A stretch of 63,041 bases of DNA, filler included, from Asterionella formosa (GCA_002256025.1; 9 parts of 9 records of this genome joined end to end with filler, not necessarily neighbours in it), one strand, 5' to 3'; positions 46,601 through 61,001 are shown, numbered from the whole stretch's first letter. Translations and numbers: made by a program. Notes: generated by a model from the letters alone, not told the origin.

Positions 46601-49600
46601 CCTATTCTATTCGCGACAAGAGATATTAGCGCTGACTTTTTAGGCGCTCTTTGCATGATGTTTTTCTCGTCTACTGCTGAAGCTCGAGATTGTTCGGTTG
46701 AAAGCAATATTGTTGAAAATTTTGAATTGTTGGATGCAAAGTTGGCCCAGCTGAAACTGGAGTTCGCCGCCAACTGGGAGGCAACAAAAATTGATTTCGA
46801 TATCGAGACCATAGAGAATTCTATGGACGTAGAGAAACTTGAAAATCTTCGACAACAAATCATTTCTCATGGTGTATCAGAATCACCTGTTTTCGATACG
46901 ATACTTAATTGTTTCGCGGAAATCCAGGCATCTCCATTTGTGGAGTTTTGGTGCTCACAAGAGGAGCGAACAATAATCAACAGTTTGGCATCAGCTGCTA
47001 CGAGTCACACTCTCGTGATGTCATGTCTACCCTTGATTCCACGTATACAGAACTTCATCGAAGTTGGGCTTCGTTGTCCAATGTGGCCTGTAGGTGATCT
47101 GCGACCGTTCCAAACACTTTACTGGATTCTTTGTGCGTCAAGCTCTGGCAAGGCACCACTTGACAGAATTCTGAAATCCATACTCCCAACCATGATCAAT
47201 AATTCCTTGAAGCGTATATGGTGCAACAGTTTTAACCGGCTTCATTTGATCTCAAATAAGATTGAGCTGCCGATCCGATGGACTACAGATTCGGATGAAA
47301 GAAGCGAGCGACGACCTTCAAGCGCCTTTCAGGTACAATCTTCGATTGGTCCAATGCGCTTGTCTGAGTCAGTGAGAACTGATGTGATTTTAAGACTAGT
47401 TGGGGCCGAATTTTCTTGCTCCGTTCTTGCTTTGAAAAGATCACGATTCATGACATTGGAAAACTACCAGTCTCGCCAACATCAAGCCAAGTTCCTTGTG
47501 AATCATATGGCATCTCTGCAAGTTTCCCAAACGAGTGAAGTCAATCCCGTGCAAATTGTTCTCTATCTTCTGCATAATACTCTGGATGCCCTGCGCCGCT
47601 ATTTTCCGATTCCATCACTGCTAGAAATGCTTCAATTGTTGAGGGATTCAGATCTTCTTAAGAAAACAGACGATTTACAAGTCCAGGAGCTGATTGGACA
47701 ATGTACGCATTCTGGTGTGCGCAGCCTGCTGAGTCCTCTCATGGTCCCTCTCCTTTCCTATATTCGAGCTGTCTATCAAGGAAATCAACCAAAGGAAAAT
47801 GCTGCTATGGCATGGGTTCAAATTGGGTTGTTAAGGGTTCATTTACTAAATCCGTCGTCCCCACTGGACCCTGGCAGAAAGCCTGCAGCTAAGGTCGAAC
47901 AACATGACCAGCACCTCCTGCAGTTAGATGAGCAGCTTCGTCTCATTCGAGTGGACAACGGACTTACATCCGGAAACTTCAATGCCGAGACAGAGCTATC
48001 TCGCCTCCTCGCGAAAGACACCGATCATATCTCGGCCAAGCGTGAGGGACAAGAGAAGAAACGAATAGATAGAATTGCAGATACCCCTCCCTTCTATGAC
48101 CTATTTCGAGAAACGAGGAACTTCGCTAAGACGGTGGGTTCCATCGATACCATTACGTCGTTGAGTATGGCAATCCGAACGGCTCCTGAGTCAAACAAAG
48201 CCTTTGAATCAGCCTCCAGTCGAGAAGGCAACTGGCAGAATACAGCCGGAGCGTTTATTCTTCGACTTTCAAGGCACTTCGAAGCATATGAGGATGTTAC
48301 TGTACCCTTCATGGTAGGCATTGGTTGCCTCCAACTTGGAGTTCGTCAGCTGTTTTCCTGCTATTGCGACAAGCCTACGGTGATGGCAGATGCTGCTCAA
48401 GTTTTCGACAGCCTTGTCCAATTCCCCGTGGGAGATCTTCGTCAAGAGAGTTACCACTGTTCTCAGCAAATCGTTATGGGTGAAAGCAAGCTCAACAGAG
48501 AATGCGAGAGTGCCAGTCTTCTAGTGGCGCTCGCCTCTCTCTCTCGTTTTGCCTTGCAAAGATGCGTTTATTCTTTTCTTGACAGAGAGTCCCTCTTCAA
48601 TGTACACACACTTTTCGTCATTCTTTGCAGGGCATGGCTTGAGAAACTAGAGAGATTAGACCCGAAAGACGAGACGGATGAGGAGGTATCCGAAAGGATA
48701 TTTAGGGAGCAGTTTCCAAACCATTCCAAAGAGTTCAATGACATGGTTGGTTTGCAAGATGCCGGGGATGGCACATCTGAGAAGTGCCACGTTGCTACTG
48801 AGGAGGACGCTTTGCCAAATGTCAATATTGAAATTTCGCACATATCCCTTTTAGTGAATTTGCATCGTGAATTGTTTCAAGCCGCACCTGGAAAAAGCAG
48901 CGATTCGTCTCGGATCAGGGCTTTTCATACTGCATTTGCTGCTGGGGATGTGCTCCATCAACGAAGCAGGGTAATGGGTTTGTCAGAAAGTATGTCTTCT
49001 CACACGATGGCACTATGTTTGACGTCGTCCTTCCGAACCTCGTCAACCAATCTCAAAACAAACACCGCTCATGGGCCGATTTTCCATTGTGATCCAAATC
49101 CCACAGAGTCTATAAAGGCAGCGATACCTCTTCAACGTCTCATGACTCGGACATCGCAGCTTCTCACTGCATTTCCTGGACATGCTGTATTACTCTCGGT
49201 CGGCCAAGTCGCTGAAAAAGTCAGCAAGCTTGAGGTCACGTCAACTTCTGTGGGAAAGGTTATGACTGGTCTTGAAGTTATTCTTCGAAAGGCGCAAGAA
49301 TGGGAGCAGCATGCCAGCGAACGCGTCAAACTTGGATCAGCGCTCATGGATGTCAGCATTCTTGTAGCTCACTGGCGGAAGCTTGAGCTCCAAAGCTGGT
49401 CTTCGTTGATGGATATCAGAGAAGAGCGTTTCATCAAATTAGCGCAAAGGCACTGGATGCGCCTTTACTTAATCATTCATACGAACGCCACCGATGACGC
49501 TGATTGGATCCCAGCTCAACAATTACCTCCCGAGAAACATTTGGGGAAATTTTCTGTTGATTTAACTCCTTGGTTGTGGAAAGGTTTGAAGCGAAAACTA

Positions 49601-52600
49601 TCCGTCACAATGCGACAATGTTGTGATGTAAACCTCAATATTGAAGAACTCACCAAAACTGTCGATACATTCATGCTTACGGCGACGCTTGGTCAGTTTT
49701 CTGAGCGATTGAGTATAGTTGAAGCATTCGCCAATCAGTTAGACGTACAACCCAACCCGTCAGATGAAGGAAATGTAAGACAACGGATTGTAGCACGGAT
49801 GCTGCACTCTGTTCGAAGCTACTATGAACAATTCAAGTCGTTTTTAGAAGAGAAGAAACAAGAACTTCGCCGTCCCATTGAAAAGAAGCTAAAAGACGAA
49901 GTGAAGCTCGCGAAGTGGGATGAACAGACATATTATGCCCTTGCTGATGCTACCGAGCGCAATCATAGAAAATTAATGAAGTGTTTACGAGAGTACGATG
50001 ATGTCTTGGATCAGCCTGTATCGATCATTCTTGAGAAGCACCAATGTTCAGGCATTCGCGCTACTGAAAGCCTAGGAAATGAGCTCAACACGAAGATCCC
50101 AACTTTCAAATCCATGTTCCCGAGTTGTGAAACAGACACATTTGATGGCTCGATTGTGATTCCTCTGGCCATTGAAACTGCGATGGTTTCAAATCATTAT
50201 GGAGTGCCTGCCACCGAGTACATTCAGCGACTTGACCATTATCAAAGAAAGCTCCAAGAGATCGTTGTTGGACAGCAGGACAACTCGTGGGCAAGATTTG
50301 GGGCTATCAGTGCCTCGGAGCTCTGCTCTGATATCTTCGATCGACTTGAATCTCTTCGCCGGGACAAGACCACAAAACCAATGAAGGCTCGAGCTCTTGT
50401 TGATCTCTTCAGAACGTTGAAGAGAAACGGATACAAAAACACCAAATGGTCAGTTCCCGAACAACAACGCCAGATAGTAAATCTCTTTCATCTCCCGCCT
50501 CTGGATATTGACAGTGTTGACGACGACGTTCGGACAGTGCTAGCAAGTGGACGTGATTACTTCCAAAAATGTGTTGCTGAAATTATTCGCCTTCGCTCTG
50601 AGGTTTCTCTTCTTGGAAGTCAATTCTTGAGCCACCGTGAAATCCAACTGATGCTTCACTTAAGCGAGCATGGGCTTCTAATGATTAGTCAACAGAAATC
50701 TGTCCTCGCTGAAACACTGTGTGGCGCAAAGCAATTAGCTGGAGGACTTGAGAGTCTCATGTGCATTAAAGGACCCCTTCCCTTACGTCAGACCGAACTT
50801 GTTAAACAATGCAGTTCCTTCAACGAGCGCATCAGTTGTGCCGCTGAAAATCTTGATCAGCTGCGACTGTTGTTATCAGCATCGTTGCCGGTGATCGAAA
50901 CCGCCGAGAAGCGAGCTGCGGTGCACGATACGATTGCATCAGTTGAAACCATGGTTGTTTGTTTGATGCCATTCGTAGCAAGAAAGCAGACGACGGTCAT
51001 CACGCGAGACCACCTGGACCACATCGCCAAAGGTATCATTGGAGTCAGTGGTGTTCTCGAAGAATTGAATGTTCTTCGAGAATCGTTTCGAGCAAAGAGC
51101 ATTCTTCCTGAAGGCATTTTTGATAAATGCAGTGAACAATTGCAGTTAGCGGTATCCTCGGGCCATGCCTGTGTCATAACATCTGTCACGCAAGATGCAA
51201 ACGAGATTGAGGTCGATACCTTTCTGCGATCGGCATCTTCAACTGTGGAAAAAGCGTTGCTGGCGATCCAAAACGTGTGTAAAGTCAAGGCAACGCATTT
51301 GACAATCAAAAGAGAGGACGAAGATGTTGAGGAGACCGACGACCGAAAGCTTTGGGATTGTCATACAATTGCATGTCACGAGCTGGATGCATTCAACATA
51401 GCTGGTCTTGGTTTATCATTCGACAACATCGTCAAAGAGTTGCAGCAAATACATTCCAATGAGAACTTCAACCAAGAAGAACGTGATCATATGGTGTCGA
51501 TTGCTAAAGACGTCTCCACCTTCCTTGACAATGTCTTGGAATTCTCAAAAACTCGTATTGTTGATTATATTTCGTTTTTCCGAGCATCTACAAAGCTTCA
51601 ATACATTTTGCTCAGAGTTTTCCGAACATTAGTTGCAAAGGGATACTGTTCAAGTGACTCAGCTGAAGAAGATTGTGACGACGGAGAAGGCGGCGATATT
51701 ACTGGTATGAACTTTGAAGACGACGTCGAAGGGACTGGAATGGGAGAAGGTGACGGCAAGAATGATGTGACTGATCAACTCGAAAACGAAGAACAGTTGC
51801 TCGGTCTCAAAAACGACGAGCAAAATGAAGCCGAGGAGAAGAAAAAGGAGTCTAAGCAACTTAATGAGGAGGAAGCAAAACAAGGTATGGAGATGGAAGC
51901 AGACTTTGAAGGAGAACTCTGCGATGTTCCCGATGACCTCAAAGATGATGACAACGAAAGCAATGGCAACGACGAGGAATTGGACCGCGAGATGGGTGAC
52001 GGGCAAGACCCAAATGAAGAAGTCGTCGATGAGAAGATGTGGGGCGATAGTGATGATGAAGATGATGTCAATAAAGCTGAAGAGAAATTCGAGAAAGACA
52101 GCGGCATTAAAGGTGACATGGTCGAGGATGAAATGCGGACAAAAGATGACGAGGAAAACGATGAAAAAGGTGAAGCTGAAAATAGAAGTGGAGAGGAAAA
52201 GGATGAATCGAAGGCTGGTAAAGAGGGCGATGACATTCCTCGTAACGAAGGAGAGGACGACATCAACGAGGACTTTGAAGACAACTACGAAGAACAGCAC
52301 CAGGGCGTTGATGTTCGCGACGAAGCGTGCGAACAAGAGAAGGAAGAGGAATTGATGGAACTTGACGACATTAATCTTGATGGTGGGGATGATGCAGAAG
52401 AGCAAGGAGGCGGTGATCTCAATGTCGAACAAGTTGGTGAAGGCGATGTCGACGACGACGAGGGAAAAGACAACGATGACGACGACGACCTAGGAGAGAT
52501 TGCAAACGATGAGGATCCTGACGGAGAAGCTGAAGCAAACGAGGAGGCTGAGGACGCTGGCGCTACACAGAGTGGAAGTAACGACGACAAAGAAAATCCA

Positions 52601-54364
52601 ATGGAGGAAGGCGACCAAGAGGACCCGAATGAACCAGAATCAATTTCTCTTGACCAGCCTCATCGTCAACAGCCTGCTCAAGAGTCCTTCGGAGTCAAAT
52701 CCATCGATGGCGCAGACAATGTCAAGGAACAGCCAAGCGAGCACGAACATAATAAAAAGGAAAATGGTCAAGGTGGTGACGATGAGCCCGGAGATGGCAA
52801 CGACGATTCTTCCCCGCAAGACGTGTCCAGTGGTTCCACTGGCGGAAATGGCCAAGGTGGAGCTCAGGAACAGGGAAAGGGCAATGAAGCTTTAGACGCT
52901 TTGCAGTCACCAAATCCATTCAAGAGCCCTGGTGACGCGACAAAGTTTTGGCACAGGAAGCTCAAGGTCGTTGAAAATCAAGAAGACGGAGGCGAGGATA
53001 GAACTGACGACGAAATATCAAACGGTCAAGATAATGGTGATGCCAATGGTGAATTCGAGTTTTCAGCATCCAACCAAGAGAGCACTAGCCAAGTTCTGGG
53101 AGAAACAATGGAGGAAGAAGCTGTTCACGTCGACGAAGAAGGGGAACGTAAGCAGTCTGAGGAGCCCGACAGCCATGTTGAGTCAAAGGAACAAAACCCC
53201 AGAGAAGTGGCTTCGTCACAAAAGCAAAGATCCTCAAAACCGACGGGGAACCCCAAGCCGATGTCTGATCCAATAGAAGACAACGTGGATGAAAATGACG
53301 ATTCATGTGAAGTGCAAGAACAAACCGAAATCGAAGAAGGGGAAACCGTAGACGAAGAAATAACCCCAAGTGGGGAGCTCGACAACACTCGAAATGGCAA
53401 CCAAGTCGTTTCTGACATGTCCCAGCTTCGAGTTCGCGACGACGATGAGAATGTTGATTGTGCCCCCACGAGCATCTCAACTGAAAATGCGATGACGACA
53501 GTTTCGCAAGAGGAAGCATTGGCCGCACGTCAAATGTGGTTGCGCATTCAAGGTGAAACGCATTCCCATGCCCGGCGTCTTTGTGAGAAGCTCCGCTTGG
53601 TGATGGAACCCTTAGTGGCAACCAAACTCAGGGGCGACTACCGGACTGGAAAGCGAATTAATATGAAACGGGTCATTGGTTATATTGCGTCGGGCTACCG
53701 CAAGGACAAAATTTGGTTGCGACGTACCAAACCTGCCAAACGTAACTACCGCGTTTTACTGGCCGTAGACAATTCTGAGTCAATGCTCAAGTCGGGGGCT
53801 GGCAATATGGCACTTCAAGCCATGGCAACGCTTGCGTTAGGCATGTCCCAACTCGAAATAGGTGAACTTGGAGTCGCAAGTTTTGGTCAAGACATGAGAT
53901 TGTTGCACCCATTTCACACTCCGTTTACATCGGAAAGTGGTTCCAATATGGTACAGAACTTTCGATTTGACGAACCGCGCACGAGAACAGCACTGTGCGT
54001 GGAGTCGGCTCTTCAGGCTTTGGAGGCTCAGGGCGGTATTGAGTCGATGCAGCTGATCTTCATAATTTCAGATGGACGGATTGAACGTGATAGTCGGGCT
54101 AATTTGCGTCGGTTGATGCGAGAGATGGTGGAAAAGAATATTTTGCTCGTTATGATCATTGTAGAACCAGGTAGCAACAAGAATGACTCGATTGTAAAAA
54201 TGAAGGAGGTGAAGTTTGAAAAGGGAAAACCCATCGTGAAGCAGTTCATGGATGACTACCCTTTCCCGTATTATCTTGTCCTGGAAGACATGCATCAGCT
54301 GCCTGAAGTGCTAGGTGATGCATTGAGACAGTGGTTTGAAATGATTTCTCAAATTCAAAAATAA
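37618..54364 (+). CDS. MDN1: Midasin (Rea1) AAA ATPase, 60S ribosome biogenesis factor. Exons 37618-42049 and 42117-54364 (about 5559 aa).
   Basis: Six AAA modules with Walker A GPPGSGKS, GETGCGKT, GPTSAGKT, G|DTGCGKT (restored by the 67-bp GT-AG intron 42050-42116), GSPGVGKT and GPSSSGKT. Then a long linker, a D/E-rich region, KDKIWLRRTKP and the C-terminal MIDAS domain VDNSESM. Confidence 0.98.
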
Positions 54365-55294
54365 GCAGGATGACCAAACAAACAATAAAGCTATGAGCAT
54401 GTTTCAACAGCAGTTGTACCTAGAAGCACAAACTGCTGGTTTCCTGGCAAAGTCTTTTCACCAGCATAGATTGCTATGTTCAAGAATGAATCTGGTATTA
54501 TTTTAATTCGATTATATACCAATAGACTAGTTTATCATCTAAACATAATAGCTAAAATACATGGTATGTACTTTCTGTCACTGATGTATTTTTATGTTCA
54601 AATCATAGTTGTTCAGCAGTTAAATATTCACTAGCTCCTAGTGGTGGCACTGGAGCTAATTGAAGAGGAACTTTTTGTCTTGGTGGGACTCCATTGAAGC
54701 TGCGTCGTAGCCCCTATATGCGCCACCTTGGCATCGAGATTGATATGGTTCATTGTGAACTGGTTGAGGACCTGGTACCAGGTACCAGCAAGGTGCAGTC
54801 ATATTGCCGAAAACTGATGTGGGACACAACAGTTAAAAACATTAGCATAATCAAGAAATATCTAACAGCTTCTTGTTCGACCAATTAAATTTGAATATAT
54901 CAAAATCAAGTTTAAGGTTCCTGCATTTGAACCCCTAGGCAAAAATTAAAATATTGCTTAGGGTTGCCGAAATTCCCTGGAACTAAGAATTTTATGTGCT
55001 AATTTGAATATCAAAGATTCAGTTTGAAATATTCAAATGAGTGGAAATTTGCGCGTACGTGTATAGATTCCATTTCAAATGCATTAAATATGTAAAAATA
55101 GATTCATCATTGCTGGATGTTTTATATTGCTTTTCTACCGATAGTAACACCTACTCGTATCAACAAATATGTTTCACATTCACGACCCGGCGGCTCCGAA
55201 AAATATTTGGATGTGCATACTAACGGTAGTAACGTACTGGTAAGCGTGGACTACCTCGTACTATTACCAATGATGATCAGCTACCTGGTACCGG

Positions 55295-55387
55295 TAGGTC
55301 TACCCGGTAACCGGTATTCCTACTCCGTACGGATATGGTTTTCGGATAGGTCTACCCGGTACTCGGTATTCCTACTCTGTACGGATA
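55295..55387. repeat. Two-copy direct repeat (41-bp core, 52-bp period) in a GGTA/TACC-rich tract
   Basis: TAGGTCTACCCGGTA..CGGTATTCCTACTC.GTACGGATA at 55295 and 55347. Confidence 0.85.
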
Positions 55388-57003
55388 CCGGTATACGGGT
55401 AGGATCGGCCAACACCCAAGAAAATGCTTCATGTGTATCCAGTGTGGCCGGCGTGGGATTGCAAGACCTCGCAAACCGTGCCAATCGAACGGATATAAGG
55501 ATAACCAATCAGAATATGATTAATACAGCGGGCAATTACNNNNNNNNNNNNNNNNNNNNNNNNNNNNNNNNNNNNNNNNNNNNTTAATTAATTAANNNNN
55601 NNNNNNNNNNNNNNNNNNNNNNNNNNNNNNNNNNNNNNNATGGATGATAAACAGAATAAATCAGACGACTACATAATCAAACGAACATTTTCATGGCTGT
55701 CATGATATCTAGTCATCAACATTCTATTTTAAAATCACATCCACACATGCAACGAGCTGTTAGAATAGTGGTCGCATGACCAACATACAACTATCACAAC
55801 ATGCTACAACCCAAAGTTCACTTTCAATTTTGTTGCATACTGGCTAATATTTCAGAGATTGACGTAATAGCATGGACTTCGGTTGATTGCTGCGATAATC
55901 GATCGTCGCCTCATACAAATGAGCACATACGTAGCTAGCAATGACAAAGGTGAGCCGTGGCAAACTGTAGACCGATCATATGGTTTCGCAATATTTAATG
56001 ACAAGGACAAAGAAAAGTTCATGCCGACAAGATTCTACAACACACCGGTACGTACTGACATGTATGTATGCGCATCCATCAGGTAGGTAGGTACCTGGTA
56101 CCTCGTACCGGTATTTGTACTCCATAATATCATAGTAAGTCATAACTACCGTCCAGAATAATTCTCTATTTATCAACCGGTACATCAATGCTCGATGTCA
56201 GGTGCCTGTCAGGTACCAGTAAAAATCGATTGCGAGAGGACCAATTCGAACAAACTGTACTACAGGTGTACGAACATACTTCTGTAAGTCGACCGAATGT
56301 CCGGAGTCGTGATCGAGCATTGCTGAAGGCAATAAACGCCCGAGGTGGTCTCTTGCCTGCGAGTATACATGTGTTCGAGGCTGGGTGGCGCGAGTAGGTT
56401 GACCGTACGAGTGGCGCCCCCGGCGCTGCGAGAAGGTCACCCTACGAGTGCCATCCCAGTCGAGTACACATGTATACGAGAAGGCAAGTAGCCGCCGAGA
56501 AGGGTATTGTTGAGGCAATTCCCGCTCTAGCTATCGTCGCCTCATTCGCTTACCTACTGCCCAAAATTTAGCATAAATGTCAATTTTAGCCTACTATTGC
56601 CCATCATATAAAATATTTTTTTTATATTTCCTATCTTCACCTCGAAAATTGCCAAAGGTCCAATACTGAGAATGGAAAAATACCTTGACGGTATTTTTCC
56701 GCACTTGATCAGGGTAAAAGTACAGTACTGTACAACAAAGAAAAAATCAACCCGGTTGCACTGACGGTTGATTTTGTATTCCCTTTTGGGNNNNNNNNNN
56801 NNNNNNNNNNNNNNNNNNNNNNNNNNNNNNNNNNTTAATTAATTAANNNNNNNNNNNNNNNNNNNNNNNNNNNNNNNNNNNNNNNNNNNNAAGCATCACA
56901 TTGCGTCCCGTTTTCGTCATCAACAAGAAGCTGTAAATACATTGCTTTCCTACAATCGTTATGAACAACGGTACATACCGGGAAGCCAAAGCATACCAGT
57001 ACG

Positions 57004-58041
57004 CTATAACGTTTGTATTGCACGTTCAGCGGCATTGCGACGATGGACAGCTGGCGGGACCAACTGAAAGTCAATAGCTTCGGCGTCCAAGAAGTCTTTG
57101 AGGAGTGTAGAACACTCATTGTCAAGGCGTTGAAGTTTGGGACGTAGGCCAGCTTTGCACAAACGTTGATGTAATGCTTTATATGCTGCAAGGAGGCAGG
57201 AAGCGGTTCGGTTATGGAAGGGCTGAACGAAAATGTAGTTGCTGTCATAATCATATAAAATCATAATGTAGTTGTTTCCAGTGCTGGAGGGGAGTATGAA
57301 TTTTCCGGTTTGATCAGTGTAAATTTGGCCTGTGGGTGCAATAATGGACGCAAAACACATATGGGTAGGGGTTGCAAGACACTCAGGGTGGAAATCAGCA
57401 TCACCCAGCACATTGGTAGTAGGAATGGATGCAAGTTCAGGCTCAATAATAGTTGGGGACACACGTGTGGATCGTACGTTTTGACGTGTTTGATCGAGGT
57501 GGCCTTTGATGGTTGCGATGGAATGAGGGGGATGTTTGCGTAGTGTAGCTAAGGTCAGACCTGGAAAATTGGCAAGATACCCATGGAGTAATGCGCTTTC
57601 CAAAGTGGAGAGAACAGGAGAAAAGAGGGCCGCATGGGCAAAAGCAACAAGTGCTGGTGCATTGGGACTGCCAATGGCGGCAGCAGCGTAGTGGGTAGGG
57701 GTAGGCAATGGTGGATCAATTGAGGTGGTGGTGACATGCAATAATCGAGTGGTGGTGGAGCGATGGCCCTGAAGGATGCAATGACCATCGGATAAGACAG
57801 ACATGTGTAGTTTGGTGAAGAGTACCTCGTAGCCAGAATCACATAGTTGTCCAATGCTCAATAAAGAGCAATTGTGTAGACCAGGGACAATGTGTACATG
57901 ACGAGCAGCAGGTAAGAGCATAGGTAAAGATAATTCGGCCTCATGTGTAGATTTAACATGGTTGCCGTTAGGAAGTTGAATGGTGATAGGGTTGGTGGTA
58001 GGTCGTTTGTTGATGACAGGTAAATCAACAGTGGCGTAATT
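57004..58041 (-). mobile_element. Ty1/copia (CoDi) pol fragment: end of protease and integrase core
   Basis: Open frame with SLLSIGQLCDSG, KGHLDQTRQNVRST, IYTDQTGKF..SSTGNNYIMILYDYDSN, LQRLDNE and HRRNAAERAIQT (D,D,E). A different lineage from the 3554-8838 element. Confidence 0.92.
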
Positions 58042-58141
58042 NNNNNNNNNNNNNNNNNNNNNNNNNNNNNNNNNNNNNNNNNNNNTTAATTAATTAANNN
58101 NNNNNNNNNNNNNNNNNNNNNNNNNNNNNNNNNNNNNNNNN

Positions 58142-58904
58142 GGAAGCAGACGAGGATTCATGATACCTTTAGGATGATTGATGTGTATATGTATATGCAT
58201 GATACCGACATCTTTTTTGGTAAGAGCAAGCCATTTCGGGTATGAGCAAGCAAGTCTTGAAATATTCCACAAGCGCCGCGAAAAGCTCCGCGTTTCCCTT
58301 CCACTGTTTTACATCATAGTCTTCTGGCCCTTTGACAACTTGCTTTCCAAATGGCATTTCACGGATTTCATGGAAAGGATCAGTCAAACAAGAAACGAGA
58401 CTTACTTCCATTGTTTACACTACACGACTTTATGTTTTCGGAAAAGAAGATGAAGAAACGTATGAAATCAATCAATCGAAGATTCCTTTGAATACACTCA
58501 AAGATCAAATGAATTTGAACAGATTCATAATACTCCAGAAAAAATAATAATGAAGCAAGTACGGTATGCCAACCGATACAATAGTGGCTGAGATTGAAGA
58601 GAAGGAAAGATTGCTTTCGAAGAGGAAACCCAAACAGTTGGTCTTCGTGGATGAAGACTCTATTCGTACAGAGTCACAGTTCCACCATCCAGTGTCGTAT
58701 TTTACTCCTCATTCTCCCGAAATCGCTGATAATGAAGAAGAACTCAGTGATTCTCATTCATTTGAAGAACAAATTCATGCGATGAATGAAAATATCGGCG
58801 GAAACGTGGCTGACAACACTTCAGAAGTAGAAATGGTTGAAAAGTTGCAAAACCAAGAAACATACTTCCATGCCTATCTCGGTTTATATACTCCTTGTGG
58901 CTAG
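58142..58904 (+). other. Possible 3' part of an unidentified gene or pseudogene converging on PGRL1
   Basis: Consecutive plus-strand ORFs (58178-58453 hydrophobic, 58566-58904 acidic) with coding-like composition. No recognisable motif. Confidence 0.25.
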
Positions 58905-58924
58905 AGTTCATTGTGTGCGAGTTT

Positions 58925-59290
58925 TTATGCTTTCGGAATGGTCGAAGCACGCAATGTCTTACGTTGGACACTGAATTCAGTTTTGCAGCTAGGACACTTG
59001 ACTTTAGCAATGTCAGTGAAACCCTCCACACCCAAGATCTTTCCAAAGTAGACGCGGTTCTCAACTTCACAGCTGGGGCAAGGCCCGAAAGCAATGAATT
59101 TACCAGGGAAGAGAATCTCCTCTGTAATAAATTTAGATCCGGTGTAGAGGAACGGGGTGCCAATAAGGAGGAAGAACAACGGGTTGATTCTCAACACAGT
59201 CGACAAGAGTTCGAAACCAATACCAAGCCAAACACTTGTGAGAACAATAATGGCGGGAAGGTAGAGAAGATTTGATCTGAATTGGTCTTC
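58925..59290 (-). CDS. PGRL1: PGR5-like protein 1 (PGRL1), 3' part only (contig end)
   Basis: Frame open to the gap: EDQFRSNLLYLPAIIVL (TM1), a second TM, then GPCPSCEVENRVYFGKILGV...KVKCPSCKT. The two CxxC motifs match the PGRL1 C-terminal zinc/redox domain. Confidence 0.88.
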   Translation of the reverse strand, partial: EDQFRSNLLYLPAIIVLTSVWLGIGFELLSTVLRINPLFFLLIGTPFLYTGSKFITEEILFPGKFIAFGPCPSCEVENRVYFGKILGVEGFTDIAKVKCPSCKTEFSVQRKTLRASTIPKA

Positions 59291-60642
59291 TTNNNNNNNN
59301 NNNNNNNNNNNNNNNNNNNNNNNNNNNNNNNNNNNNTTAATTAATTAANNNNNNNNNNNNNNNNNNNNNNNNNNNNNNNNNNNNNNNNNNNNAAATGGAT
59401 TGTAATTTTACTACTAAATCTAGAAATGATTTTTATGTTTCTAGATTCTGTGCAGTTAAACAGGCAATGTTCCCCTTTCTATTGTCTCAATGCACTTGAT
59501 GCATTCCTCCTGCCTCCATGCAAGCCTCCCCCCGCTTCCCTTTCATTCTGGTTCTCAAAATTGTCTGACTAATTGGCTTGCTGTAACTCCCTTTTCCTTT
59601 TGATCGGCTTCTGAATTCGCATGCACTATTCCATTGATATATCTATTTTGATTTCCTAATCATAAATGAGAAGGAATTACCTGTTAGCCATGTTTTTTAA
59701 ACCTCAACACTGCAGCGGATTTCTTTTAAGGATGTGGATCGAGCTGGGTTAGTTGCTTAGCGGTGTGCAACTATACTGGAACAGAGGGAGGACATCATTG
59801 GATAATGTGTTGATAATTACATGGTGTATCATTCATTTTAAGTATGCTTAACATGATCATACTTATAGTATGAATGTATCATACATATAACGAAATATGT
59901 ATCATGCGACGAAAGTTTCTGTGCCAGCTACTAGCATACAATACCTGTAATTTAATAAAAATGATACTTTCTATTCTTCGCAGATGCTGGAAAGGGCTGA
60001 ATACCTCATAGTGGCCTCAAGAAGAATGGCAGCCCTGGGACAAAAAACAATTATACCACATTTCAGTCATGCTTCCAGTAGATGGGAGGAGCCATCAAGG
60101 TTGGCTTGCAACAAACAACATTCACAATCCAGGCACAACCAGCAATCCCCATCTGCGGTTTCAACGAGCCCGGCTCAGAACCTAGATACCACCCAAAAAA
60201 TCCCCGACTCCTACCGACGGATCACAACAAAAATCTCCGTCCCCCGTTTTCTATCCTACTGGCCAGCCATGGAGCACAACGAATACAATCCTGTCCCTAC
60301 CAGTACTAAAGTGTCGCTATAAAAATTATTGCCATCCATATCGTATGTACGGTAAGGGATCACATCATCATACAAATGTCATACGTGGCGAACAAGAATG
60401 CTAAGGGAGGGAGCGCAACAGTCTACGTATGTCAATACGTATACCATTACCGTATATACATGCAAACTACATATTGGTACATGTTTATGTATGATGCAAG
60501 AAAAAAAGTTCTATACTATCTCTCTTTACAGTACTAAAAAACNNNNNNNNNNNNNNNNNNNNNNNNNNNNNNNNNNNNNNNNNNNNTTAATTAATTAANN
60601 NNNNNNNNNNNNNNNNNNNNNNNNNNNNNNNNNNNNNNNNNN

Positions 60643-61001
60643 TTTCAAAACGAATTTATGAATTCGATCGTTGACAGCTGCTCCTCCTCTGCTTCTTTTT
60701 CTATCTTGTACTTGCTCGACTTATTGCTGTAGACTATTTGTAGCCGCTCCGAAAAGAAGACGGTCATTACGGCACATCTCAATTTTGACTCACTACGGCG
60801 ACATGCAAGGTTGAAATATGCAACAGCTGTTTCTGAACGAATTTACGAATTCAATTGTTGTCAGCTACTCAGCATCCTTTCCTTCTTTTTCTATATTGTA
60901 CTTGCTCGACTTATTGCTGCAGACTATTTGTAGCTGCTCCGAAACGGAGAAGGCCATTGCGGCGCATCTCAATTTTGACTCACTAGCTACGGCGACATGC
61001 A
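60643..61001. repeat. Tandem duplication, period about 187 bp
   Basis: AACGAATTTA.GAATTC...TTGTACTTGCTCGACTTATTGCTG.AGACTATTTGTAGC...ATCTCAATTTTGACTCACTA...CGGCGACATGCAA at 60643-60808 and 60830-61001. Confidence 0.9.

Noticed and set aside
51659..53621. Long antisense and alternate-frame ORFs over the midasin tail
   Set aside because: They are shadow ORFs caused by the low-complexity D/E-rich codons.
37618..54364. Two separate giant genes (1517 aa and 4115 aa) or a programmed frameshift
   Set aside because: A canonical 67-bp GT-AG intron joins them and restores the AAA4 Walker A of a single midasin.
55640..56790. Short ORFs and a 10-bp-stem hairpin (56743-56775) on this small contig
   Set aside because: No recognisable protein motif. 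The hairpin is short, AT-rich and lacks supporting context.
59984..60322. Terminal exon after a TTCGCAG acceptor-like site
   Set aside because: Neither frame gives a recognisable protein and no upstream exon could be identified.
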